This document shows positions 1-10,400 of a stretch of DNA of 64,000 bases, piece by piece. Under the pieces are notes generated by a model. It was given only the letters and a program-made list of their open reading frames with translations, was not told the origin of the DNA and did not search any database. Origin of the DNA: an uncultured Thermomicrobia bacterium (GTDB lineage Bacteria; Chloroflexota; Chloroflexia; Thermomicrobiales; JALYUS01); assembly GCA_937968015.1 (NCBI GenBank), contig CALBSO010000015.1, forward strand, positions 14,201 to 78,200, written 5' to 3'. Position numbers and translations under genes: made by a program. Numbering within the stretch: position 1 is the first letter of the stretch; each line of letters opens with the position of its first letter.

Positions 1-1
1 C

Positions 2-901
2 GATTACCCCCTGCTGCGGGACGCGCTCGAACGGCTGAAACTGAATGACTCGTCGCTCGTCTACGAGCCGGAATCGTCCGCCGCGCTCGGCTTCGGCTTC
101 CGCTGCGGCTTCCTCGGCCTGTTGCATATGGAGATCATCCAGGAACGGTTGGAGCGCGAGTACAGTATTGACCTCCTCGCCACCGCACCGAGCGTCGAGT
201 ACCAGGTGCAGACGACGAACGGTACCGTGCTTCTGATTGACAACCCGTCCGAACTGCCGCCGATCGGCGCCATCGCGGAGATTCGCGAACCGCTGATGGA
301 CATTACGGTCATCGTCCCCGCCCGCTTCATCGGCGCGATCATGGAACTTGTCACGACGCGGCGCGGCGCCTTCGGCAAAATGGAATATCTGGACGAGCAG
401 CGCGTCCTGCTCACGTACCGCATGCCGCTCGGCGAGTTGATCGTGGACTTCTACGACCAACTGAAGTCCCGCACCCAGGGATACGCCTCGCTCGACTACC
501 AATTCGCGCAGTACGAACCCGCCGACCTCGTGAAGTTGGATGTGCTCGTCAATGCCCAGGCGGTGGATGCCCTCTCGATGATCACGCACCGCGCATTCGC
601 CCACACGAAAGGCCGTGCCCTCGTCGAGACGCTGCGGAAGTTGATCCCCCGCCAGATGTTCGACGTGCCGATCCAGGCGAGCATCGGCACCCGCATCGTC
701 GCGCGAGAGACGATCAAGGCGCTCCGCAAGAACGTCACGGCAAAGTGCTATGGCGGCGACATCACGCGCAAGCGCAAACTCTTGGAAAAACAAAAAGAGG
801 GCAAGGCGCGCATGAAGATGGTCGGCAGCGTCGAAATCCCTCAGGAAGCCTTCATGGCCGTCCTCTCGCTGGAACGTGATTTGGAGACGGCAGGCCGGTA
901 G
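2..901 (+). CDS. lepA: Elongation factor 4 (LepA), C-terminal part; 5' end outside window
   Basis: Frame is open from nt 2. Translation [54 protein letters not shown]... and the tail [18 protein letters not shown] are characteristic LepA sequence. Confidence 0.93.
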   Translation, partial: DYPLLRDALERLKLNDSSLVYEPESSAALGFGFRCGFLGLLHMEIIQERLEREYSIDLLATAPSVEYQVQTTNGTVLLIDNPSELPPIGAIAEIREPLMDITVIVPARFIGAIMELVTTRRGAFGKMEYLDEQRVLLTYRMPLGELIVDFYDQLKSRTQGYASLDYQFAQYEPADLVKLDVLVNAQAVDALSMITHRAFAHTKGRALVETLRKLIPRQMFDVPIQASIGTRIVARETIKALRKNVTAKCYGGDITRKRKLLEKQKEGKARMKMVGSVEIPQEAFMAVLSLERDLETAGR

Positions 902-982
902 CAGGTCTCTCTGCACGAACAATCATTGTTGACGCCGGATAGTACGATTGTATCATCGGTGTCGGGTGCGTTAAGGAGCGTG

Positions 983-1240
983 ATGATGGTAGAAATTTCT
1001 TTCGCGGAAGCCCGCGAGCAGTTCTCCGAGATGGTTGACCGCGCTGCGGATGACAAGGAGCGCATCGTCGTCACGCGCCGTGGCAAGCGCGTCGTTGCGA
1101 TCGTACCCATCGAAGACGTTGAGGCGATCGAAAGAATCGAAGATCGCATTGACCGCAGGGAATTACGGAAGGCTCGCGCGGAGATGGCGGCCAAGGGGAC
1201 GGTCTCACTCGCGGAATTGAAGGCGAAGTTGGGCCTGTAG
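983..1240 (+). CDS. Phd/YefM-family antitoxin
   Basis: MMVEISFAEAREQFSEMVDRAADDKERIVVTRRGKRVVAIVPIEDVEAIE is a typical Phd/YefM N-terminus. AAGGAG SD lies upstream of ATG 983/986. Stop abuts the RelE start. Confidence 0.85.
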   Translation: MMVEISFAEAREQFSEMVDRAADDKERIVVTRRGKRVVAIVPIEDVEAIERIEDRIDRRELRKARAEMAAKGTVSLAELKAKLGL

Positions 1241-1498
1241 ATGCCGTACGAGGTACGGTTCTCGTCCGCTGCGGATCGGCATATCAGCAAGCTTCCCCGG
1301 ACGATTCGCCCGCTCATCGTTGCGCGGGCCGAAGCGTTGGCGGACGATCCGCGCCCGCATGGGGCCGAGAAGATGAGCGGTGAGGAAAACGCCTATCGCG
1401 TGCGTGTTGGCGATTATCGCATCATCTATGAGATTCACGATGCCATCTTGATCGTTATCGTCGTCCGCGTCGGCCACCGCCGCGAGGTCTATCGATAG
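1241..1498 (+). CDS. RelE/ParE-family toxin
   Basis: 85 aa with ...YRVRVGDYRIIYEIHDAILIVIVVRVGHRREVY, the RelE/StbE signature. ATG directly follows the antitoxin TAG (1238-1240). Confidence 0.85.
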   Translation: MPYEVRFSSAADRHISKLPRTIRPLIVARAEALADDPRPHGAEKMSGEENAYRVRVGDYRIIYEIHDAILIVIVVRVGHRREVYR

Positions 1499-1676
1499 GG
1501 ATTGGATTGCGGGTCGTCACAGATATAGACAGGATTTGGCCGTCTCATATTGTGAGATCACGTTCCATACAAACCGTCTCAAAACCCCTGATCGCCTGGC
1601 CGTCGAACGCGCCTCGCTCGCGACATGCTCGTTCGCCGCCTCGACGATGAATTTGTACTCCGGCACTTGATCGCTG

Positions 1677-1685
1677 TGCTATACT
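1677..1685 (+). promoter_or_regulatory. Candidate extended -10 promoter (TGcTATACT)
   Basis: TGnTATACT at 1677-1685, about 72 nt upstream of ATG 1757. No good -35 at 17 nt. Confidence 0.3.
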
Positions 1686-1756
1686 CAGTCCATTAGGGAC
1701 ATCAATCAATCAGCGCCCGCCGGGGTGCGCCTGCGGGCTCGGCAAGGAGTACGGCG

Positions 1757-2872
1757 ATGCGACGTATTTGCTTCGGCGCTTTCGGGGTCTGCCTCCTCGC
1801 CGCCTCGCTCGTTATCTACGCGGCGGGTGCGGTGCAGGGGGCGTCGGGGTATGCCGATCCCGCCTTCCAAACCCAGTGGACCGCCGGTGAAGCGCTCACC
1901 CCCAACTTCTGGGGGCCCTTGTCCACCGCCAAGGATGGCCTGCAGGAGCCCTATCAGGATGTGCCCGGCGGCATGCGGCTGGTGCAGTACTTCGACAAGG
2001 GGCGGATGGAACTGCGCAACGGCATCGTCACCAACGGCCTCTTGGCCAGCGAGATTGTCCGCGGGCAGCTGCAGGTCGGTGATGCCGCCTTCGTGGCGAA
2101 GCTCTCCCCCGCCATCCCGATTGCCGGTGATCCGGACAACCCCGGCCCGACGTATCTGCACCTCGGCACGACCGCCCAGGCGCTCCTGGCGAGCACGGCG
2201 GCACAGCCGGGGGGGACGAGTGCCGCCACCGTCGGCGCGGATGGGACGCTGACGCCGGGGGCGGCAGAGTTGGTGGGGACGGTGACGCTGACGGGGTACG
2301 ACAGCCCGACGCAGCATAATGTGCCGGGAGTGTTCGTGGACTACCGGAACAAGGCGGGGTTGGGGACGATTGGCTACGCGATCAGTGAGCCATTCGGAGC
2401 GAGTGTGAAGGTAGGGGGAGTGCAGAAGGGGGTGCTGATCCAGGTGTTCGAGCGGCGGGTGCTGACGTTCACGCCGACGAACGAGGCGGCCTTTCAGGTG
2501 GAGATGGGGAACATCGGGCAGCACTATTACACCTGGCGCTACACCGGCGCGCCGGTCAGCAACGCCGCGCCGTCCGCGAGCGCCCCGTCCGGCGGCGTCA
2601 TCGGGGTGCCACCGCCGCTGGTGACGCTGCCCGTGGGAACGTACCCGCCCGGTCTCGGCGCGATCGGTCCCCAGCCGTCACTCAGTTTCTTCCCGAAGCC
2701 GCCCTACACCGGGCCGACCTACAAGTGCAGCGACTTCCCGAGCCAGGCGGTGGCACAGGCGTATCTGCGCCTCTATCCGACCGATCCGAGCGGGCTCGAC
2801 CCCGGCAGGACGGGGATCGCTTGCCCGAACAACCCGGCACCGTTCGACAAGACGCCGGTAACTCGGCACTGA
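1757..2872 (+). CDS. Secreted protein of unknown function with C-terminal Excalibur-like Cys motif
   Basis: AAGGAG SD. N-terminal signal-like MRRICFGAFGVCLLAASLVIYAAGA. Pro-rich linker, then YKCSDFPSQAVAQAYLRLYPTDPSGLDPGRTGIACPN, which resembles the Excalibur C...LD.D.DG.AC motif. Confidence 0.7.
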   Translation: MRRICFGAFGVCLLAASLVIYAAGAVQGASGYADPAFQTQWTAGEALTPNFWGPLSTAKDGLQEPYQDVPGGMRLVQYFDKGRMELRNGIVTNGLLASEIVRGQLQVGDAAFVAKLSPAIPIAGDPDNPGPTYLHLGTTAQALLASTAAQPGGTSAATVGADGTLTPGAAELVGTVTLTGYDSPTQHNVPGVFVDYRNKAGLGTIGYAISEPFGASVKVGGVQKGVLIQVFERRVLTFTPTNEAAFQVEMGNIGQHYYTWRYTGAPVSNAAPSASAPSGGVIGVPPPLVTLPVGTYPPGLGAIGPQPSLSFFPKPPYTGPTYKCSDFPSQAVAQAYLRLYPTDPSGLDPGRTGIACPNNPAPFDKTPVTRH

Positions 2873-2900
2873 GGCGTTCCGTAGACGGAAGGAGCAGACG

Positions 2901-3515
2901 ATGGTCACGAAGATAGCAGTGCACGCCCGATGGTTGCTGACCCTCGCGCTCGCCTGCTGCCTGCTCGTGAGCGGGCAGGGTAGCGCGCAGGCCGCCGCCA
3001 GCGACAAGGACATCGCGCGAATTAATAGTGTATTTCGAGCGCTCGCCGTTGCTGGTGTGGTACAACCGATAGACGCAGCGATCTGGGAAGCCAATGCGAT
3101 TGACTGCCTCAACAAGAATCCCAACCTCGACGCGACGAGTTGCGCGCTGAGGCAGGTTCCCCAGGTCTTGGCGCCCGCCATCGCCATATATTCTCAGGTG
3201 CGGTTTAGCTTACCGGGAGCATGGGCGACCCGCGACACCTACCCCGGCCTTGGGGCGTCGGACGGGTCGATGATCATCGACAACAAAAACGTGGGCACGC
3301 TCACCTCGGGCCGAGGCGCCGCTACGCTCATTTTCTCCAAGTACGATAATCCTGACGACGGTAACACCTACGCCGTCTTCGCCTATCGCACGTCGCAGGG
3401 GGATCGGGGGAGCGGGGCACTGCTCTTCTCGGACGACGGCTGCCTGATGTATGGTGGGTATCACAGCACATCGGACCCCACGACCATCGGCAATTTCTTC
3501 GCCGCGCGGTGTTGA
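2901..3515 (+). CDS. Secreted hypothetical protein
   Basis: GGAAGGAG SD. Signal peptide MVTKIAVHARWLLTLALACCLLVSGQGSAQA. No recognisable domain. Confidence 0.6.
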   Translation: MVTKIAVHARWLLTLALACCLLVSGQGSAQAAASDKDIARINSVFRALAVAGVVQPIDAAIWEANAIDCLNKNPNLDATSCALRQVPQVLAPAIAIYSQVRFSLPGAWATRDTYPGLGASDGSMIIDNKNVGTLTSGRGAATLIFSKYDNPDDGNTYAVFAYRTSQGDRGSGALLFSDDGCLMYGGYHSTSDPTTIGNFFAARC

Positions 3516-3559
3516 GGCGGGCGGTGGAACGCCGGCGGCGCGCGGCGGTCAGCGCAGCA

Positions 3560-3799
3560 CGGCGCTGAGCGCGATGCGGATGCAAGCGACGGTAGAAAAG
3601 GCGTGGAAGTTCTCTACCCTATGCGCATGCCGCACAAGCAGGCAGCGATGGGCGGGGGAGTCGTCGCCGTACTCCTCCGGTACGTCACGCCAGGCGCGCC
3701 GGTGCGCAGGACATAGAGGATCGCGTTCAGCGTGCGGCGGTCATCAGCGCGCGGACGCCCTACTCGTTTTCGGGGCGGACGCAAGGGAACGCCCCACAT
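3560..3799 (-). mobile_element. IS5-family (DUF4096-type) transposase N-terminal remnant, frameshifted and truncated
   Basis: ...KRVGRPRADDRRTLNAILYVLRTGAP then shifts frame. The +1 frame continues WRDVPEEYG, matching the usual LRTGxxWRDLP motif. No DDE domain follows. Confidence 0.65.
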
Positions 3800-3814
3800 G
3801 CGCGGCCAGCAGTG

Positions 3815-4513
3815 TTACAGACGTGCATACCGGCGGCGACACAGCGACCCGGCGGCAACCAGGACACCGCCGACCATCACGATGAAGAGTTCGCGGGTAT
3901 CCTGCCAGCGCATGCCGGTTGGCCTCCCTGTGCTCGGCAATGTCGTCACCGATGTGCCGCCGCCGGTACCGGTGAATTTGAAGGAGGTAAGGACGGTCGC
4001 CCCCTGCTGGAAGAAGGTGGCGAAGTCGTTCTCAGCGGCGGTGAAGGTGAGGATATACACGATGCCCGCTTGCAGGATAATAACCTGCGCGCCGTGCAAC
4101 TTGCTCGCTTGTGGCATGAGGAAGTAATCGTAGCGGCGTGCGGGCTGCCCACCCACCGTCAGGTTCTGGATGCCGCCCGGTCCTTCCTGGTATCCCGCGA
4201 GCGTGCTCGCAACACCGGCACGGCTCTGCGTGACGATCTGATCGAGGGTCAGACCGGCCGGTACGGCAACCGTGACGACGTTGAGGTTTCCATTCAGTGG
4301 CGCGGCGGCATTGAAGACCCCACCGAGCACGGTGCCCGCCGGGAGGTTCGTGTTCTGCGGCACGCTTCCTGGCTGCCAGCCACTTGGAACAGTGAACGAA
4401 TAGTGGCCCTGCGGATCGGTATAGGTCGCCCCTTGCGCCGCGACGGTCGCGATCGAGCAGACACCAAACAACGCGACGAAGATCAGGACCTTCCACCATC
4501 CATGTCGTGTCAC
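3815..4513 (-). CDS. Cell-surface protein with LPXTG-type sortase sorting signal
   Basis: GTG start with GGAGG SD. Signal peptide MTRHGWWKVLIFVALFGVCSIATVAAQGA. C-terminus is LPSTG, then hydrophobic FIVMVGGVLVAAGSL, then basic CRRRYARL. Confidence 0.8.
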   Translation of the reverse strand: MTRHGWWKVLIFVALFGVCSIATVAAQGATYTDPQGHYSFTVPSGWQPGSVPQNTNLPAGTVLGGVFNAAAPLNGNLNVVTVAVPAGLTLDQIVTQSRAGVASTLAGYQEGPGGIQNLTVGGQPARRYDYFLMPQASKLHGAQVIILQAGIVYILTFTAAENDFATFFQQGATVLTSFKFTGTGGGTSVTTLPSTGRPTGMRWQDTRELFIVMVGGVLVAAGSLCRRRYARL

Positions 4514-4711
4514 AGCAACCCTCCTCTGCTACATACGCCATGCTTCACCGCTTGCCACCTCGCAATACTAGTGCCGCTATGATAGCAATAATCCGCCGCC
4601 GCCGTCTGTTCTTGCCATCCCATGACATGCTCCGTATGCTACCCGCAAGGTATTCTTCTCCCGCCGCGGCGCGGGATGGGCGCCTTCGGGTCGGCACGGA
4701 GGAGGGGCAAC

Positions 4712-6052
4712 GTGACCGAAGCACAACCCACGCTCTCAGAACGCGTCGAGGCCGACAACCTGCGCGGGCTGTGGATCGTGTGGCACGATTACGCGGCGCG
4801 GGCGAATGGCCGCTGGTTTCCCGGTGCGAGCATCCCCGACGCGCTCTCCGGTGGCACGCTCTTCTGCCACGCCAACCTCAACTTCACGATTGATGACTGG
4901 CAAGTTCCGCACCCCCGCTTCGGAGCGGACGCGGGCGATTTCGTCGCGATGCCGGACCCGGAAACCTACACGCTGCTTCCCTACCACCCCGGCATCGGGC
5001 GCGTTCTCTCGTACCTCCGCACGGAGGCAGGCGAGCCGTGGGAAGGATGCCCGCGCACCCGATTACGGGATATGTTGGCTACACTGGCACGGCGGGGCCT
5101 CTCGGCGCGCGCAGCGTTCGAGCCGGAGTTCTCGCTCTTCCACAAGCGTGAAGACGGCGGATACACCCCTGCCGACGCCTTCACGATGTATTCCGTGGAG
5201 CGGATGGAGGTGGAGCATGATCTACTGGACGAGATCGAAACGATGCTCGCCGCGCAGGGCATCCGCGTCGTTGGGATGGGCGCGGAGTACGGCGCGGGTC
5301 AGTTGGAAATCAATCTGCACCACGAACGCCCCATCAAGGCGGCGGACGACCTGCTCACCTTCCGCGAAACAGTCAAGGCGCTGGCCCGGCGACGCGGTCT
5401 CATTGCCTCGTTCATGCCGAAGCCGTATGACCATCTGGCGGGCAATGGGGTCCACGTCCATCTTTCATTGTGGGACAAGGAGGGCAGCGAGGATCGCTCG
5501 GCGGGCGACGAACCGCTCGGCCTCTCGGTGGAGATGACCCGGTTCATCGCCGGCGTACTCGCTCACGCCCCCGCACTTTGCGGCGTCTTCGCCCCCACAG
5601 CCAATTCGTACAAGCGGCTCCTGCCCGGCTCGTGGGCGCCCGCGCACATCGGCTATTCGGCGGGCAACCGTGCCGCGCTCGTCCGCGTGCCGGGTGCGTC
5701 GCGCCCCCGGATGGAGTTCCGGGCGGGCGATCACACCGCGCACCCGCACCTCGCCCTCACCGCCCTGATCGCGGCGGGGGTTGACGGGCTGGACCGCCAA
5801 CTCGATCCCGGCCCGCCTGCCACCGGCGACCTCGGCCACCTGCCGGACGATGCATTAGCGCGGCAAGGTGTCCGCCTCCTCCCCCGCACCGCGCACGAGG
5901 CGCTGGACGCCATCGAAGCAGATTCCGTCGTGATGGCGGCGCTCGGCCCCGTCTGCGGCCCCGAACTCCTGCGCGTCCGGCGCGAAGAACTCGCCCGCTA
6001 TGATCGCCACGTCTCCGACTGGGAACGCACCGTCTACCTCGAACGGACATGA
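4712..6052 (+). CDS. Glutamine synthetase-family protein (gamma-glutamyl ligase type)
   Basis: GGAGGA SD plus GTG 4712. GS catalytic-domain motifs are present: FEPEFSLF, GAEYGAGQLEINL, KPYDHLAGNGVHVHLSLW, NSYKRL, RMEFRAGD. Confidence 0.85.
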   Translation: MTEAQPTLSERVEADNLRGLWIVWHDYAARANGRWFPGASIPDALSGGTLFCHANLNFTIDDWQVPHPRFGADAGDFVAMPDPETYTLLPYHPGIGRVLSYLRTEAGEPWEGCPRTRLRDMLATLARRGLSARAAFEPEFSLFHKREDGGYTPADAFTMYSVERMEVEHDLLDEIETMLAAQGIRVVGMGAEYGAGQLEINLHHERPIKAADDLLTFRETVKALARRRGLIASFMPKPYDHLAGNGVHVHLSLWDKEGSEDRSAGDEPLGLSVEMTRFIAGVLAHAPALCGVFAPTANSYKRLLPGSWAPAHIGYSAGNRAALVRVPGASRPRMEFRAGDHTAHPHLALTALIAAGVDGLDRQLDPGPPATGDLGHLPDDALARQGVRLLPRTAHEALDAIEADSVVMAALGPVCGPELLRVRREELARYDRHVSDWERTVYLERT

Positions 6053-6076
6053 TTCAATCTTTCGTCGGAGGGGTGA

Positions 6077-7270
6077 ATGATGATTGAGGGGTTGCGGGAA
6101 GGGATAGCGCAGGTGGCGTTTGTGGATCACCATGTCCATGCGCCGTACAAGCGGGGGCATGAAATCTCGCTCGATGAGTTTCGCAGGCCGTTCACGGAGG
6201 CGAGCATCCCGGCAGTCTGGACGGAGAACATCCAGACACTGATCGGCTATCGGTGGATGGTGCGGGAACTGGCACGGCTACTGGCATGCGAGCCGAACGA
6301 GAATGCAGTATTGGCGGCGCGGAACGGGATGGAGGCCGTACCGTATCACCGGCTGCTGGCGAACGCGGCGAACCTCGGCGCATGCTACGCGGACGACCTG
6401 TTCGGCTTCGGGCAGTGCTACGACATTGACGCGTGGGCGGAGATGATTGGTCGGCCCGTCGAGCGGGTCTTACGCGTTGAGACGTTCGTCGAGCAAGGCT
6501 ACGCGGCGTGCGAAACGCTGGACGACGCGCTCGAACGGCTGACACGGGAGATCGCCTCGCCCGCACGGCGGCTCGTCTCGCTCAAGAGCATCGCGGGCTA
6601 CCGATCCGGCCTCGCCTTCGATCCACCAAGCAGAGTACAACGGCAGTCAGCGGCGACGGCGTACCGCGAACTCCGCGACTCCGTACTCATCCCGCCCAAA
6701 GGGCGCCCGGAGTACTCGGCACTCGGCACTTTTCCCGGCCGCATCGCGGCGAAACCGCTCGTGGACACGATTGTCTGGACGGCGCTCGAAGCCGCCGCGC
6801 CGAAAGGGCTACCGATGCAATTCCACGTCGCCTTCGGGGACGATGACATCATCATGACAAAGAACGACCCGACGCTGATGCGCGCCCTCTTCGCGCACGA
6901 GCCGTTCCGCGCCGTGCCTCTTGTCCTGCTTCATTGCTATCCATTCCAACGGCAGGCGGGCTACCTCGCCGGCACGTACCCGAATGTCTACATGGACCTC
7001 GGCCTGACCATCCCGATCGTTGGGCCGGGCGCGGCGACGGTGCTCGCCGAAACGCTCGAACTCTGCCCGACGCGCCAACTGATCGCCTCGACCGACGGCC
7101 ACATGGAGCCGGAGTTCCAATGGTTCAGCATCTTCGTCTGGCGCTGGGCGCTCACCCGCGTCCTCGGCCAGTACATCGAGGGGGACATCCTCGATACTGA
7201 TGCCGCGCTCTCCGTCGCCCGCACCATCCTGCACGACAACGCCACCCGCATCTACCGGATGGGGACTTGA
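6077..7270 (+). CDS. Amidohydrolase-family metal-dependent hydrolase
   Basis: VDHHVHAP metal-binding start and amidohydrolase-2-like architecture. Begins 25 nt after the GS-like gene. Confidence 0.7.
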   Translation: MMIEGLREGIAQVAFVDHHVHAPYKRGHEISLDEFRRPFTEASIPAVWTENIQTLIGYRWMVRELARLLACEPNENAVLAARNGMEAVPYHRLLANAANLGACYADDLFGFGQCYDIDAWAEMIGRPVERVLRVETFVEQGYAACETLDDALERLTREIASPARRLVSLKSIAGYRSGLAFDPPSRVQRQSAATAYRELRDSVLIPPKGRPEYSALGTFPGRIAAKPLVDTIVWTALEAAAPKGLPMQFHVAFGDDDIIMTKNDPTLMRALFAHEPFRAVPLVLLHCYPFQRQAGYLAGTYPNVYMDLGLTIPIVGPGAATVLAETLELCPTRQLIASTDGHMEPEFQWFSIFVWRWALTRVLGQYIEGDILDTDAALSVARTILHDNATRIYRMGT

Positions 7271-7274
7271 ACCA

Positions 7275-7325
7275 CATGCTGCCCATGCTGCCCTTGCTGC
7301 CCAGAGGGCGCCCGCGCCCGCGCCC
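7275..7325. repeat. Short tandem repeats: 9-mer x3 (CATGCTGCC, CATGCTGCC, CTTGCTGCC) and hexamer x3 (GCGCCC)
   Basis: Read directly: 7275-7301 and 7308-7325, immediately after the stop at 7270. Confidence 0.9.
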
Positions 7326-7327
7326 GG

Positions 7328-7437
7328 CAGAGGACACAGAGGAAACGCGGAGAGGAAATTTTGAGGAAAAGAGGAGAGTTCGTCTCCCTCATCTTGTCTT
7401 TTCTTTGTCCCTCTTTGTGTCCTCCGTGTCTCTGTGG
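7328..7437. repeat. Long imperfect GA-rich/CT-rich palindrome, copy 1 (related to 59835-59947)
   Basis: GAGGACACA(7330-7338) pairs with TGTGTCCTC(7416-7424). Inner GGAAAAGA pairs with TCTTTTC and GGAGA with TCTCC. The end GTGTCTCTGTGGTTC is the reverse complement of the start of copy 2. Confidence 0.75.
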
Positions 7438-7489
7438 TTCAATCCCTTTCCTATGGCTATTCGCGCGATGCCGAGGAGGGCAAGGCACG

Positions 7490-10400
7490 ATGATCGTTGA
7501 TCCGAAACTGTTGGAGAAAGTGGAGTGGCGGCTGGTTGGGCCGTTCCGGGGCGGGCGGTGCGTGGCGGTGGCGGGCGATCCGTCCGACATGTTGACGTTT
7601 TACTTCGGCTCGACGGGCGGCGGCGTCTGGAAGACGCGGGACGGTGGCGCGACGTGGCGCAATGTCTCGGATGGCTTCTTCCACACGGCATCGGTCGGCG
7701 CGATTGCCGTCTCCGAGGCCGATCCAAATCTCCTCTACGTCGGGATGGGCGAGACGACGATTCGCGGCAATGTCGCGCACGGCGATGGAGTCTACAAGTC
7801 CACTGATGCGGGCGCGACGTGGACGCACTGCGGCCTCGCCGAGACACGGCACATCGCGAAGGTGCGCATCCACCCGACGAATCCCGATGTCGTGTACGTC
7901 GCGGCCTTCGGGCATGTCTACGGAACGAACCCGGAGCGCGGTGTGTACCGCTCGCAAGATGGCGGGAAGACGTGGGAGCGCATCCTGTTCCACAGCGAAC
8001 ATGCCGGGGCCATTGACCTCGCGATGGACCCGCACAATCCGCGCATCCTCTACGCCGCCTTCTGGGAGGCGAATCGAACGCCGTACAGCCTGACGAGCGG
8101 CGGGCCGGGCAGCAGTCTTCATACATCCACCGACGGCGGCGAGACATGGACGGAACTGACGCACGCGCCGGGGTTGCCGAAGGGGCTGCTCGGCAAGATC
8201 GGCGTCGCCTGCTCCGCCAAAAGCGACCGCGTCTGGGCCCTGATCGAGGCGGAGGGTGGCGGCCTCTTTCGCTCGGAGGATGGCGGCGCGACGTGGGAGA
8301 TGATGAGCGACAAGGCCGATCAGCGGCAGCGCCCGTGGTACTACACACACGTCATCGCCGATCCGACGGAGCCGGACACGCTCTGGGTGCCGAACGTCCA
8401 ACTCTGGAAGTCCACGGACAGCGGCCGCTCCTTCCAGCAGGTGCCGACGCCGCACGGCGACGACCACGATCTCTGGATTGACCCGCACAACTCAATGCGG
8501 ATGATCGAGGGGAACGACGGCGGCGCGTGTGTCTCGTTCAGCGGCGGGGCGGCGTGGTCCTCGATCTACAACCAGCCGACCGCCGAGTTCTATCATGTGA
8601 CGACGGACAATGCTGTCCCCTATCGCCTCTACGGCGCGCAGCAGGACAACACGACGATCTCGACGCCGAGCCGCTCCGACAACGGCGCGATTACCTGGGC
8701 GGAGTGCTACCCGATCGGCGGCGGCGAGAGCGGGTACATCGCCGTCCGGCCCGACGATCCGAACATCGTCTATGCAGGCTCGTACTGGCTCGTCACGCGG
8801 TATGACCACCGCACGCACCAGTCGCGCAACATCATGCCGTGGCCGGAAAATCCGATGGGCTGGGGCGCCAATGACCTCAAATATCGCTTCCAGTGGACGT
8901 TCCCGATTGTCGTCTCCCCACATTCTGCCCAGGGGGCGCCCGCGAACATGCTCTACGTCACCTCCAACGTCGTCCATCGCTCGACGGATGAGGGCGCGAA
9001 CTGGGAAGTGATCTCACCCGACCTGACACGCAACGATCCGACGAAGATGGGGTCGTCCGGTGGGCCGATCACGAAGGACAACACGAGCGTCGAGTATTAC
9101 TGCACGATCTTCGCCCTCGCGGAATCGCCGCTGGAAAGGGGTGTCCTCTGGGCCGGGTCGGACGACGGCCTCGTCCACGTCACCCGCGATGGCGGCAGAT
9201 CGTGGCAAAACGTCACGCCGAAGGATGTACCGGAATGGGCGATGATCTCGATCATTGAGCCCTCGCCGCACGACGCGGGAACGGCCTACATCGCGGCGAA
9301 TCGCTACAAATCGGACGATTTCGCGCCCTACCTCTACAAGACGACCGACTATGGTGCGACGTGGACGAAGATCACGGACGGCATCGCCGAGAACGCCTTC
9401 ACCCGCGTCATCCGCGCCGATCCCGACCGCAAGGAGCTGCTCTACGCGGGCACGGAGACGGGTATCTACGTCTCATTCGATGATGGCGCGCACTGGCAAT
9501 CGTTGCAGCGCAACCTGCCCGTCGTGCCGATCCACGACCTCGCGGTGAAGAGCCAGGACCTCGTCGCGGGGACGCATGGCCGCGCTTTCTGGATTCTGGA
9601 CGACCTGACTGCGCTCCACCAGATGGCGGATGGTATCGCGGACGAGACGGCGCACCTCTTCACGCCGCGTCCGACAATTCGCTTCAAGAGCGGCCTACGC
9701 CGCTTCCACAGCGGCGGCCCGGCGAGGGGCTATCTCTCGGTCGGTGGCTGGGCGCAGACGACGTATCAGGATCCGCAGCCCGGCAGCCCGCTCACCTTCT
9801 TCGAGGCGGGCCGCAACCCGACCGATGGCGTCATCATCAACTACTACCTGAAGGAGAAGCCCGACGCGCCAATCTCCCTCACCTTCCTCGACGCGCAGGG
9901 CAATGAAATCAAGACCTTCAAGAGCGAAGAGAAGAAGCCCGAAGCCGTAGGGGCGGTGCCCGAACCGCCCGCTGCCGGCGAGGAAAAGGACGATCACGGC
10001 GCGAAAAAAGAGCCGAAAGCGCCCGCTGAGGCGGGGATGAACCGCTTCGTCTGGAACATGCGCTACCCGGACGCGACGAATGTGCCCGGTGCGATCTTCT
10101 GGGCGGGTGGCGTAGACGGCCCCATCGCCGCTCCCGGTCAGTACCAGGTGCGGCTGACAGTCGGTGACACCTCGTGGACGGAGCCGTTTGAAATCCGTAA
10201 GGACCCGCGCGTCGCGGCAACGCAAGCGGATTTCGACGCGCAATTCGACCTCCTGCTGAAGATCCGCGACCAACTGACGCGTACATCGGACGGCATCAAC
10301 CGGCTGCGCGATGTCCGCGCGCAGGTCGAGGGCTGGGAGAAACGGGTCGAGGGGCGCGAGGGCGCTGAGGAAGTCCGCGCGGCGGCGACAGCCTTGAAGA

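Noticed and set aside
7361-7489. An upstream TTG start would add a signal-peptide-like N-terminus (MRKRGEFVSLILSFLCPSLCPPCLCGSIPFLWLFA) to the BNR/sortilin-type protein.
   Set aside because: The extension is encoded entirely by the CT-rich arm of the palindromic repeat, and CT-rich DNA yields Leu/Ser/Phe/Pro/Cys in any frame. The second repeat copy gives a similar pseudo-hydrophobic ORF (59884-60156) out of frame with its neighbour. ATG 7490 has its own GGAGG. A secreted form cannot be fully excluded.
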